From: a candidate division WOR-3 bacterium
GTDB lineage: Bacteria; Hydrothermota; Tepidihabitantia; Tepidihabitantales; Tepidihabitantaceae
Assembly: GCA_903908785.1 (NCBI GenBank)
Contig: CAIVTL010000054.1
Span: 1 to 33,427, forward strand
DNA: 33,427 nucleotides
Reading direction: 5' to 3'
The translations under genes and the position numbers were made by a program. The notes under the pieces are model-generated. The model was not told the origin of the DNA, ran no database searches, and saw nothing but the letters and a program-made list of their open reading frames with translations. This document shows, one piece after another, positions 22,506-31,295 of the stretch (position 1 is its first letter; the number at the start of each line of letters is the position of its first letter).

Positions 22506-24755
22506 CTAGGGCGTGAAGACGACGCGGGCGGTTGCGGTGCGGGCGGCGGTTTGCACGCGGATAAGGTAGACGCCGGCGTGCTGACCTCGGAAGTCCAGCG
22601 CGATTTCCGATTTCGGATTCGAGATTCGGAGTTGACGGCAGAGGCGGCCTTGGGCGTCGAAGATGTGGACAGATGTGGTCGAGTGGTCAAGTGGTCCAGT
22701 GGTCAAGTGAATGAGAAGCGAGGTGCGGAAGGGGTTGGGCGATGTGCTCAGCGCGGCGCGGGGGTCGGATGGGACGTGGCTTGGTTCAGCCAGGCCGACG
22801 AACTGCCTGGTCTGGTAGAGTTCGAGGGGATATCCCGGGGTCAGGTTGCGGCCCGACAAACCGGGGTAGTCCGGCGGATAGCGCAGCGCGCGGAACGTGT
22901 TGTTCTGTTTGCCGGACGCGCCGCCGGGCACGGTGTCTCCCTGGTACAGCCGGGTCGAGTCGGTCGCGGGACTCAAGTAGTGCCAGACAATCTGGCTGTC
23001 GCGGGTCACCTCGAAGAAGGCGCCGAGGTCGCTTTCGCAGATAAGCGTGTTCCCGTTCGGGAATCGCTGCGCGCCGCCCATGGTCGCAGAGAAGAGGCTC
23101 GCCGGCGGCGTGGCGACGTAGACCCAGCATTGCGCGGCCGGCCCGAACGGGGTTCCGGGTGCGGGTCGCGGGTAGTTGCCGGCGCTGTCGCACGGGGGGA
23201 TGAATTCGTCAACCGATGAGTAGCCCCGGCCGTCGATGCCGTTGTTGAACAATAGAATGTGCCCGGCGCCCGGCAAGCCCGGCCCAATCCACTGTGCGTT
23301 GTGCTGGCCGAAGAGCTTGCGGTCCGTGGTGTCGCCGGCGCGGTAGGCGCGCGGGTTGCCCCAGCGGTAGAGCAGGTCGCCGCCCATGCCGAACCGGCCG
23401 CCGGTGTGACCGCGCGCTTCCTCGGTGGTTGTGCTGTGGTCAATGACCCAGACCTCGTTCAGGTTGTGGATGCTCAGTATTACCTGGTCGAAATCCGGGT
23501 TGTAGGCGACGGAGTTCACGTGCAGCCAGTCCGGCGCGCCGCGCAGCGGGGGCGGGCCGGTGAAGTTGATGTCCGCGAGTTCGGAGTGCTGGGCCGGGTC
23601 GCCGTAGTTGGCCTTGGTCGAGTCGTAGTCCTGGATGAGATGGTCCCAGACGTGCCACTCCCACACGATGCTGTCCGTGGCCGGGTTGACTTCGACGACG
23701 TGGTCGGGCCAGAGCTTGTTCTGGACGAGCCAGGACGGGTTGCGGCCGGCGGCGACCGCTTCGGCGCGCGTCTTGAGTTCCCATGCCACGAGCAGGACGT
23801 TGCCGTTCGGTAGCGACGCGATGTCGTGGTGCTGGCAGTGCAGGGTGCTGGAATACTGGTAGGACCATTGTAGGCTGCCGTCCCAGTCGTACCGCTCGAC
23901 CCGACCGCCGGTTCCTCCGCCGGGGAAGCTTGAGTTGCCCAGTCGCGCGCTGCGCAGCAGGCTGCCGTCTTCGAGCAGGTAGCAGGACGCGCCGGGCGGA
24001 TAGCTGCTGTGCCAAGTGCGGACGAGCCGGCCCTTGTTGTCAATCAAGTACGTGAACTTGTACGAAAGCGGGGTGAACAATGTGTAGCCGACGAAGGCGG
24101 AGCTGTCGTTGCGGAACAGGCCGAGCGTCTGCGAGTCGGCCGAGAGCTCGCGGACGAAGCCGCGGATGGAGCCGTCAAGGCTACTGAGGTCATTCCACGT
24201 CGGCACCCGCACGCCGGTCGACTCGCCGAAGTGGAGTGCATTCTCGTTGCCGCCCTGGTTGTCCGGCTCGCCCGGAGACCATTTGCGGAAGCCCATTGCC
24301 TCGTTCGTGACCCAGTGCCAGCCGCTGTCCGGTTCGTGTGAGCCGAAGTCCTGGGTGCCGCCCAGCCAGGGCCCGGCCAGCAGGCCCGTGCCGGGTCGCT
24401 CGTACCAGTAGACACCGGAGTCGACCAGGCCGAACACGAAATCGTTCTCGGCCGGCGACGTGACGGTGGCAAGGTAGCCGCCGTGTCCGAGAGCCGAGTC
24501 CCAGGCGAAATTCCAGTCGATGCCGTCGGGTGTGCTTATAGCGTGGTAGTAGTGCACACTCCCGTCAGGGTGGAACCAGGGCTCAGGCTGAGCGGCAGCC
24601 CAGCCGACGGTCAGACAGAGAAAGAGGAATGAAGAACGAAGAACGAGGAACGAGGAACGAGGAATGAGGAGTGAGGAACGAGGAGTGAAGAAGGAGGAAC
24701 GAAGGGTGAAGAACGAGGAACGAAGTAACGATGAACGAAGAACGGTTGTGCGCAT
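22506..24755 (-). CDS. C-type lectin domain + arylsulfotransferase (ASST)-like beta-propeller + T9SS C-terminal sorting domain
   Basis: The lectin region reads W..AWDSALGHGGYLATVTSPAENDFV...GPWLGG...GWHWVTNE...WSPGEPDN..GNENALHF...WNDL. ASST-like blocks include HHDI..LPNGNVLL, DWLHVNSV.YNP..DQVILS and LLYRWGNPRAY. The CTD reads NPFRTSLLIHL...IFDAQGR...GVYLIRV...RVVFTP. ATG at 24755 follows AGGAGA. Confidence 0.85.
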   Translation of the reverse strand: MRTTVLRSSLLRSSFFTLRSSFFTPRSSLLIPRSSFLVLRSSFLFLCLTVGWAAAQPEPWFHPDGSVHYYHAISTPDGIDWNFAWDSALGHGGYLATVTSPAENDFVFGLVDSGVYWYERPGTGLLAGPWLGGTQDFGSHEPDSGWHWVTNEAMGFRKWSPGEPDNQGGNENALHFGESTGVRVPTWNDLSSLDGSIRGFVRELSADSQTLGLFRNDSSAFVGYTLFTPLSYKFTYLIDNKGRLVRTWHSSYPPGASCYLLEDGSLLRSARLGNSSFPGGGTGGRVERYDWDGSLQWSYQYSSTLHCQHHDIASLPNGNVLLVAWELKTRAEAVAAGRNPSWLVQNKLWPDHVVEVNPATDSIVWEWHVWDHLIQDYDSTKANYGDPAQHSELADINFTGPPPLRGAPDWLHVNSVAYNPDFDQVILSIHNLNEVWVIDHSTTTEEARGHTGGRFGMGGDLLYRWGNPRAYRAGDTTDRKLFGQHNAQWIGPGLPGAGHILLFNNGIDGRGYSSVDEFIPPCDSAGNYPRPAPGTPFGPAAQCWVYVATPPASLFSATMGGAQRFPNGNTLICESDLGAFFEVTRDSQIVWHYLSPATDSTRLYQGDTVPGGASGKQNNTFRALRYPPDYPGLSGRNLTPGYPLELYQTRQFVGLAEPSHVPSDPRAALSTSPNPFRTSLLIHLTTGPLDHSTTSVHIFDAQGRLCRQLRISNPKSEIALDFRGQHAGVYLIRVQTAARTATARVVFTP
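24624..24728. repeat. 15 in-register heptamers GARGAAC (105 nt) encoding residues ~10-44 of the lectin/ASST protein
   Basis: The units read gaggaat gaagaac gaagaac gaggaac gaggaac gaggaat gaggagt gaggaac gaggagt gaagaag gaggaac gaagggt gaagaac gaggaac gaagtaa. The translation shows a 7-aa period (RSSFFTL RSSFFTP RSSLLIP RSSFLVL). Confidence 0.9.
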
Positions 24756-24764
24756 GTGATTCTC

Positions 24765-26156
24765 CTATTCCACTACCAGTTTCCGTGTCGCGGAGCCGCC
24801 GGCGTAGTCGAGCTTAACCAGATAGACCCCGGCGGCCAGGCCGGTAACTCGTAACTCGCAACTCGTAACCCGCAACTCGCTCAGCACCAGCTTGCCGGTG
24901 ACGTCGTAGAGGGAAAGGGAGGAGGGAGGAGAGAGGAGGGAGGAGCTGTAACTGATGGTCGTCGACGAGTGGCAGGGGTTCGGGGAAACGGTGAACGATG
25001 AACGATGAACGTTGAACGAGTGTCCGGTCAGGCCGGTCATCAGAATAAACCCCAGCGAGTCGGTTTTCACCAGCAGTACGCTGCCGCCGGCGGAGTCGGA
25101 CGTGCCGGCAACCACGTAGCCGCCGTCCGCGGTCTGCCGGACAGAAGCGGCCTGTTCCATACCGGTTCCGGGCAGCACGCTCGTCCAGACCGTGTCGGCA
25201 TTGGAGTCGAGCTTGACCAGCCAGGCCCGGGCCGAGTCGCCCCAGTCAATGGTACCGGCGATGATGTAGCCGCTGTCGCTGGTTGGCTGCATCGCTGTCG
25301 CCCTGGTTGCCGCTCCGGGAACAGCGATTTGGCGGGTCCAGAGCAGAGCGCCGACGCTGTCGGTGCGGAGTAGATAGAGTGCGTCAAGTGACTGGAGCGT
25401 GTCGATTTCGGAGCCGGCGGCAAGGAATCCGCTGTCCTGCGTCTCCGTCACTGCTTTAAGCATCGGCGCCACCGGGCCGTGGTATGTCCGCGTCCATGCT
25501 GAATCGCCGTTCGGCCGCAGGCGCGCGAGGCGCATGTAATTCGCGACATAGTCGTTGGCAATGCCGCAGAGGACGAAGCCTCCGTCGCGGGTCTGGGCCG
25601 CGCCATGCGCCCAGGAGTCGTACATCCTCGGTTCATCGTACCAGCGCGCCCATTCTTCCTGACCGTCTGCGGCCAGTTTGATGGCGCCCATGTCGAACGC
25701 GGTGTCCGGTATCCGACCGGCGACGAGGCAGCCGCCGTCGGAAGTGGGGATGATTGTCGAGACCGGCCCGCCCCAGGTTGACTGATAGTTCCAGAGCGAG
25801 TCATCCGCCGGGCCGAACCCACGGACGAAAATCCTGCCGGCGGACTCGGCCAGGACCGCATAGCCGCTGTCAGCCACGCGGCACGAGAGACCGCCGTCCG
25901 CGTCCAGGCCGAAGATGTGACGTACGGAAAGTGTGTCGCCCAGGGAGTCGGTCCGCACCAGCACGACTCCGAAACTACCGGATGCGACGTGGGTCCCGCC
26001 GCTCGTGACGTACCCGCCATCGGGGAGCTGTGCCGCGGAGCGGCCGGTATCGGCAATGTACCAGTGCCAGCGGTTCTCGAACGTAATCGTCGCCAGCGCC
26101 AGCGCGGGCAGCGCGAGCAGTATCAGCGCTCTGCCGGTTCGGCACGGGGCGCGCAT
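24765..26156 (-). CDS. Exported repeat (propeller-like) protein with T9SS C-terminal sorting domain, paralogue A
   Basis: The signal peptide is ALILLALPALALA. It has recurring DGGY..(A)G......d.wlvK.ds.G...W motifs. The CTD reads NPCHSSTTISY...LYDVTGKLV...GVYLVKL...RKLVVE. By eye it is more than 60% identical to 26198-27604. Confidence 0.8.
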   Translation of the reverse strand: MRAPCRTGRALILLALPALALATITFENRWHWYIADTGRSAAQLPDGGYVTSGGTHVASGSFGVVLVRTDSLGDTLSVRHIFGLDADGGLSCRVADSGYAVLAESAGRIFVRGFGPADDSLWNYQSTWGGPVSTIIPTSDGGCLVAGRIPDTAFDMGAIKLAADGQEEWARWYDEPRMYDSWAHGAAQTRDGGFVLCGIANDYVANYMRLARLRPNGDSAWTRTYHGPVAPMLKAVTETQDSGFLAAGSEIDTLQSLDALYLLRTDSVGALLWTRQIAVPGAATRATAMQPTSDSGYIIAGTIDWGDSARAWLVKLDSNADTVWTSVLPGTGMEQAASVRQTADGGYVVAGTSDSAGGSVLLVKTDSLGFILMTGLTGHSFNVHRSSFTVSPNPCHSSTTISYSSSLLSPPSSLSLYDVTGKLVLSELRVTSCELRVTGLAAGVYLVKLDYAGGSATRKLVVE

Positions 26157-26197
26157 CAGCCGGTGCGTGCGGTTACGGCTAGGCGCGTACGTGCCGC

Positions 26198-27604
26198 CTA
26201 TTCAACCACCAGTTTCCGCGTCGCGGTGCCGCCGTCGCAGTCGAGCTTGAGCAGGTAGACACCGGCCGGCATTGACCGGAGGTCAAGCCGGAATGACGAC
26301 GAACGAGGAACGATGGACGATGAACGATGAACAAGGACCAGGTAGCCGGTGACGTCGTAGAGGCGGAGGGAGGAGGGAGCAGTGAGGAGGGAGGAGACCA
26401 GGACGAAGCCGTGGCAGGGGTTGGGCGTGAAGGAGAGGCGTAAGGGGCGGGGGTTGGGGGGCGAGGGTTCTTCAATGCCAATCCGGCCCAGCGAATCGGT
26501 CTTGATTGCCATCATGCGGCCACCGGAGAGGTCGCTCGAACCGGCGATAATGTACCCGCCGTCCGTCGTCTGTTCGATGTCGGCCGCGTTCTCCCGCCAC
26601 GGCCCGCCCACGACGCGGGTCCAGGTCGTGTCGCAATCGGCATCGGTCTTGACCAGCCAGGCCCGGGCCGAGTCGCCCCAGTCAATCGAGCCGGCGATCA
26701 TGTAGCCGCCGTCCCGGGTTGCGCACATCGCCGCCGCCTGGGCCGCGGCGCCGGGAGGCGCGAGGTGGCGGGTCCAGAGCGTATCGCCGGTGGAGTTGGT
26801 GCGCAACATGTAAAGGGCATTGCGGCTGCTTGAGGTGTCGAACTCGTACCCGACCGCGAGGAACCCGCCGTCCGACGTCTCCCGCACGTCACTCAGCATC
26901 GGGCCGACCGGGCCGTGGTACAACCGGGTCCAGGCCGAGTCGCCGTTCGGCCGGATTCGAGCCAGCCGCATGTTGACCGAGGTGTAGTCGTTGGACTCGC
27001 CGCAGAAAATGTAGCCGCTGTCCCGGGTCTGGGCGGCGCCATGCGCCCAGGAGTCAAACATCCGCGGCTCATCGTACCAGCGCGCCCACTCCTCGTGGCC
27101 ATCCGCGGCCAGCTTGATGGCGCCCATGTCGTACGCCGTGTCCGGAATCCGGCCGGCAAGAAGGCAGCCGCCGTCGAAGGTCGGGATGAATGCCGAGACC
27201 GGGCCGCCCCAGGTTGACTGGTAGTTCCAGAGCGAGTCACCCGCCGGGCTGAACCCGCGCACGAAGATTCTTCCGCCGGACTGGGCCAGGACCGCATAGC
27301 CGCCGCCGGTCAGCCGGCACGAGAGGCCGCCGTCCGGGTCCACGTCGAGAATCTGGCGTACCGAAGTCGTGTCTCCGGAGTCGTTGGTCCGCGCCAGCAC
27401 GACGCCGTAGCTGCCGGTAGTGACCTGCATGCCGCCGCTGATGATGTAACCGCCATCCGGGAGCTGGGCCGCGGCGCGGCCGACATCCGCGATGTACCAG
27501 TGCCACCGGCGCACAAAGTTGGGGGATGCCAGCGCCAGCACCGGGATTGCCAGGAGGAGTAAGGTCAAGGTTGAGGTTAAGGTTGAGGGTGAGGAACGGC
27601 GCAC
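26198..27604 (-). CDS. Exported repeat (propeller-like) protein with T9SS C-terminal sorting domain, paralogue B
   Basis: GTG at 27604 lies 7 nt after GGAG and 4 nt after the upstream stop. The domain plan matches 24765-26156. The N-terminal PSTLTSTLTLLLL is encoded by aaggtt-type hexamers (27555-27598). Confidence 0.8.
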   Translation of the reverse strand: MRRSSPSTLTSTLTLLLLAIPVLALASPNFVRRWHWYIADVGRAAAQLPDGGYIISGGMQVTTGSYGVVLARTNDSGDTTSVRQILDVDPDGGLSCRLTGGGYAVLAQSGGRIFVRGFSPAGDSLWNYQSTWGGPVSAFIPTFDGGCLLAGRIPDTAYDMGAIKLAADGHEEWARWYDEPRMFDSWAHGAAQTRDSGYIFCGESNDYTSVNMRLARIRPNGDSAWTRLYHGPVGPMLSDVRETSDGGFLAVGYEFDTSSSRNALYMLRTNSTGDTLWTRHLAPPGAAAQAAAMCATRDGGYMIAGSIDWGDSARAWLVKTDADCDTTWTRVVGGPWRENAADIEQTTDGGYIIAGSSDLSGGRMMAIKTDSLGRIGIEEPSPPNPRPLRLSFTPNPCHGFVLVSSLLTAPSSLRLYDVTGYLVLVHRSSSIVPRSSSFRLDLRSMPAGVYLLKLDCDGGTATRKLVVE

Positions 27605-27608
27605 GCTT

Positions 27609-30600
27609 CTACTCCAGTATCAGTTTCTTCGTCGCCTCGTAACCGTCGGCCTCGAACTTGACGAGGTAGACGCCGCGGGCGAGGTTCGTCGCGTCGATGC
27701 GGTACGTATAGCTGCCGGCATTGACGCGCCCCTTGGCAAAGGTCGCCACGAGCGCACCGGTTACGTTGTACAGCTTCAGGCTGACCGCACCGGCGCGGGA
27801 CAACGAGTAGGAGACGACGGCGGCGTCCATGAACGGGTTCGGCACGATGCGGAGCGAGAACCCGCGGCGGTCGCTTTCCGACCTCGACATGACACCGCCG
27901 CCCGCCGGCCGGGAGTCAAGCAACAGCGGCAGCCCGTAGCGCCAGAACTCCAGCGACTTGTTGCCCTTGGTCGCGTAGAGCACGCTGCCGGCGCTCGTGA
28001 TGTCCGCTCCCGTCTTGACCTTCTTCTTCTTCAGACCGGTCGGCGACAGCCGCGGGATGGTCTCGAGTTCGGCCCAGGAGTTGCCGGCGACCGTGTACTG
28101 CCAGAACTCCTGCGTGTTGCTGCCTTTCAGGGCATAGATGCAGCCGTTGACGTATGTAGCGCACCCGCCGTCTTTCGCCTTCTTCGTACCGCCCGAGCCC
28201 GGTATCGGCATCGCGACCAGCGCACCGCTCCAGGAATCGCCGTCGGGGTTGTAGCGGTAGAACTCGTGGTACTTCGCCTTGAAGGCGTAAATCTTCCCGT
28301 GCACGTCGTCGTACGCCAGCCAGGAGCCCTTGTCCCATTTCTGGTTCGTGCCGACCGGCGCCGGCGCGAGGGTCAGCCAGGCGTCGGTGCCTACGTCATA
28401 GCGGTAGAACTCGTTCTTGGTTCCTTTGAGCAGGTAGGGCGAGCCGGTCGTGCCTTTGTACGCCCACACGATGTCCGCGCCGCCCTTCACTTTCTTGCGC
28501 GAGACCCCGAGCGGCACGTCCGCCTTCTGGGACCAGGAGTCACGGGTCGCGTCGTACCGGTAGAATCCCAGCTTGTTGCTGCCCTTGGTCGCATAGATGA
28601 CACCGGAACCGTCGGTGCAGCCCGCCGCGCCCGTGTATACCGGCTTGCCCTCGGTCCCAAGCGGCCACGTCGCGAGCGTGTACCAAGAGTCACTGGTCGG
28701 ACTGTACCGGTAGAATTCGCTCGTCTTGTTGCCTTTGGCCGCGTAGACCATGCCCCGGGACGCATCATACGTCAGCCAGCCGCCGGCCTTGATGGTCTTG
28801 TCTTCGAGGCCGACAGGCATCGGTTGGGCCGAGCTCCAGCCGGACGGCGCCGAGACAACCGTGAGTTCCCACTTCGGGGTGAAGAACCTGCTCCAGCGGC
28901 CGCCGCTGTGAGCCCGGCAGTCCCAATCGTATTGGCCGGCCGGCAGCGCGGCGACCGTCCACGTGTCGCCGGTCGAAGTCAGTGTCTGGATGGGAGTCGT
29001 ACCGCCGTGGTCGAACAGCCGGAACTGGAACGAATCGCAGTTGTAGTTCGGAACAGTCCCCACCCACAGCGTGGGCGTCAGCGTCCTCACGACGTCGCGG
29101 TTGGCCGGTGCCAGCGGCGCGGGCCGGGGCAACGGCGAACGGTAACGCTCAACCGGCAGGCCGGGGGTCAAAGTCTTGTCCACCAGGCCGGGGTAGTCGG
29201 GCAGGTAGCGGAGCGCGCGGAACGAGGTCGACTCCCACCCGGACGGGCCGTGCTTGATAGTGTCGCCCTGGACCCGCGGGCCCGAGTCGGTTTCCGGGCA
29301 CATGTAACGCCAGACGTAGCGGCCGTCGGGCGTGACTTCGTAGAACCGGCCCTTGGGCGCCTCGGCGGTCACGGTGTTGCCGTTGGGCAGGCGCTCGGCC
29401 CCGCCCATGTTCGCGCCATAGAACTTGCTCGGAGGATTCGCGATATACCTCCAGCAGAGGCTCTCCGGGCCGAACGGCGTGCCGGGTGCGGGCCGTGCGT
29501 AAAAGCCGGTGCTGTCACAGGCCGGGATGAACTCATCGACCGAGGAGCCGTCGCCACCGGGCCGCCCCGTGCCGCCGTTGAAGACAAGAATGTGGCCGGC
29601 GCCGGGCAGTTCGGGCTTTATCCAGTTGCCGGCGTGGGCCGAGCCGTAGAACTTGCGGTCGGCGTTGGTGCCGGCGCGGTAGGTCTGCGGGTTGCCCCAG
29701 CGGTAGAGGATGTCGCCGCCCATGCCCTGCCGGCCGCCTGCGTGGGTGCGGGCTTCGGCCGTGGTCGTGCTGTGGTCGATAACCCAGACTTCGGCAAAGC
29801 GCTGGAGTGAAATGAGAATCTGGTCATACTGGGCGTTGTAGCTCAGCCCGTCGCAGTGGAGCCAGTCGTGGGTATTGTCGATAGTGAAGTTCAGGTCCAC
29901 CAGTTCCGGGTGCGCGGCGACGTTGCCGTAGTTGGCCTTCGTGGAATCAAAGTCTTGGATGAGGTGGTCCCACGCATGCCACTGCCAGACGATACTATCG
30001 GTGGCCGTGTCGACCTCCACGATGTGGTCCGGACTGAGCCTGCCGTCGGCCAGCTTCGCCGGGTTCCGGCCCGCGGCGATGGCATCGGCGCCCGACTTGT
30101 ACTCATACGCGAGGAAGAGTACGTGGCCGTTGGGCAGCATCATCGCGTCGTGGTGCAGGCACTTGGTCGAATCCGAGTAGTTGTAGCCCCAGACTTCGTT
30201 GCCGTTCCAGTCGAGCATGGCGACGCGGCCGCCATCCCAGAACCGCGGGTTCAGCAGATTGTCGATGTGCAGAAACATGCCGCTCTCGGTCAGGTAGTAC
30301 TGGGCCACCATGCCATACGTCGGGTTCACCCACTTGTGAACCACGCGGCCTTTGTTGTCTATCAGGTACGCGTTGCGCGAGAGGCGGTGCGAATAGAGCA
30401 GGTAACCGGGCGACGTCCCGCTATCGTTCTGGAACAGCCCGATAGTCGTGCTGTCGGCCGACAGCTCGGTTACGAAGCCGCGCGGCGAAATGCACGTGTC
30501 GGCGAGGTCGGCCCAGGTCGAAACCGGCACAACGTCCGCATTGCCGTAGGCAAGAGCGTTCTCGCCGGCGCCGTGATTGTCCGGTTCGCCCGGAGTCCAA

Positions 30601-30986
30601 TGCCCGTAGTCGAAAGGCGCCCCGGACCCCCAGAACCAGCCGCGGTCAGGCCCGGACATGCCGGTCCGCTTGAAGCCCCCCAGCCACGGCCCGACCAGTT
30701 TGCCCGACCCGGGCCAGATGGACCAGTAGCTTGTGTCCTGGACCAGCGGGGACACGACGTCGTTGTCCTCCTGGGATGTCATCGTGGCCAGAAACCCGCC
30801 CCTGGCGCGCGCCGAGTCGAACGCGGCGTTCCAGGTGATGCCGCCGGGCGCGGCGACGCCGTAGTAATAATGGGTTGTGCCGTCGGAGTGGATGCGAAGC
30901 TCGGGTTGAGCCCCGGCCAGGCCGGCGAGAAGCGCGACCAGGGCAATCGAGGTCGCGAAGAACTTGGAGCAAATCCGCATCGTCAT
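27609..30986 (-). CDS. C-type lectin + ASST-like propeller + Kelch-like six-blade repeat region + T9SS C-terminal sorting domain
   Basis: The N-terminal two-thirds is collinear with 22506-24755 (WNAAFDSARARGGFLATMTSQEDNDV, HHDAMMLPNGHVLF, DWLHCDGLSYN, ILYRWGNPQTY). Six FYRY/FWQY...D.W... repeats follow. The CTD reads NPFMDAAVVSYSL...LYNVTGALV...GVYLVKF...KKLILE. ATG at 30986 follows GGGGAG. Confidence 0.85.
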   Translation of the reverse strand: MTMRICSKFFATSIALVALLAGLAGAQPELRIHSDGTTHYYYGVAAPGGITWNAAFDSARARGGFLATMTSQEDNDVVSPLVQDTSYWSIWPGSGKLVGPWLGGFKRTGMSGPDRGWFWGSGAPFDYGHWTPGEPDNHGAGENALAYGNADVVPVSTWADLADTCISPRGFVTELSADSTTIGLFQNDSGTSPGYLLYSHRLSRNAYLIDNKGRVVHKWVNPTYGMVAQYYLTESGMFLHIDNLLNPRFWDGGRVAMLDWNGNEVWGYNYSDSTKCLHHDAMMLPNGHVLFLAYEYKSGADAIAAGRNPAKLADGRLSPDHIVEVDTATDSIVWQWHAWDHLIQDFDSTKANYGNVAAHPELVDLNFTIDNTHDWLHCDGLSYNAQYDQILISLQRFAEVWVIDHSTTTAEARTHAGGRQGMGGDILYRWGNPQTYRAGTNADRKFYGSAHAGNWIKPELPGAGHILVFNGGTGRPGGDGSSVDEFIPACDSTGFYARPAPGTPFGPESLCWRYIANPPSKFYGANMGGAERLPNGNTVTAEAPKGRFYEVTPDGRYVWRYMCPETDSGPRVQGDTIKHGPSGWESTSFRALRYLPDYPGLVDKTLTPGLPVERYRSPLPRPAPLAPANRDVVRTLTPTLWVGTVPNYNCDSFQFRLFDHGGTTPIQTLTSTGDTWTVAALPAGQYDWDCRAHSGGRWSRFFTPKWELTVVSAPSGWSSAQPMPVGLEDKTIKAGGWLTYDASRGMVYAAKGNKTSEFYRYSPTSDSWYTLATWPLGTEGKPVYTGAAGCTDGSGVIYATKGSNKLGFYRYDATRDSWSQKADVPLGVSRKKVKGGADIVWAYKGTTGSPYLLKGTKNEFYRYDVGTDAWLTLAPAPVGTNQKWDKGSWLAYDDVHGKIYAFKAKYHEFYRYNPDGDSWSGALVAMPIPGSGGTKKAKDGGCATYVNGCIYALKGSNTQEFWQYTVAGNSWAELETIPRLSPTGLKKKKVKTGADITSAGSVLYATKGNKSLEFWRYGLPLLLDSRPAGGGVMSRSESDRRGFSLRIVPNPFMDAAVVSYSLSRAGAVSLKLYNVTGALVATFAKGRVNAGSYTYRIDATNLARGVYLVKFEADGYEATKKLILE

Positions 30987-31170
30987 AGTGTACTCCCCAG
31001 CTTGTTGTGCGTAGAAGTCGGCATTGGCTCCGCCGGAACGGCAGAACCGGGTCTCGGACGTAACCGGACTTGGCGGACTACAAGCTGCTAAAGGACCTTA
31101 ATCCGTGGCTTGACCTTGCGACCAGTCAACATCCAATTTTAGCGGTCAGGTTCGGTAAGGTCAAGCTGAT

Positions 31171-31289
31171 TGGAGACGAGCATCTACAGATTCCACAGAT
31201 TACGCGGACTACGGACTCTGGACTTTGGACTATGGACCACGAACTCAGGATTTAGAGTTTGGAGTTTGGGACTTCCCGCCCCTCGCGGG
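31171..31289 (+). repeat. Composite: 25-nt word (inverted copy of 15907-15931), ten GGACTNT/GAGTTTG heptamers, then a CCCGC-loop-GCGGG hairpin (copy 3 of 3)
   Basis: catctacagattccacagattacgc is followed by ggactac ggactct ggacttt ggactat ggaccac gaactca ggattta gagtttg gagtttg ggacttc, then cccgc-ccctc-gcggg (31275-31289). Confidence 0.8.
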
Positions 31290-31295
31290 TTTGGG

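Noticed and set aside
22035-23219. 394-aa + strand ORF, plus other ORFs (22154-22690, 23259-23813, 23440-24043) overlapping the T9SS genes
   Set aside because: They overlap strongly supported minus-strand genes in other frames or on the other strand. Their composition is biased and they have no motifs.
22506-30986. Diversity-generating retroelement targeting the C-type lectin domains
   Set aside because: The lectin domains are N-terminal rather than C-terminal variable regions. No reverse transcriptase or template repeat is present in the window, and the two lectin domains differ throughout rather than only at adenine-templated positions.
27492-31091. 772-aa (27492-29810) and 411-aa (29856-31091) ORFs on the + strand
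   Set aside because: Both are antisense shadows of the 1125-aa lectin/ASST/Kelch gene. The sequence is Arg/Gly/Val/Ala-rich and low-complexity-like, with no start context.
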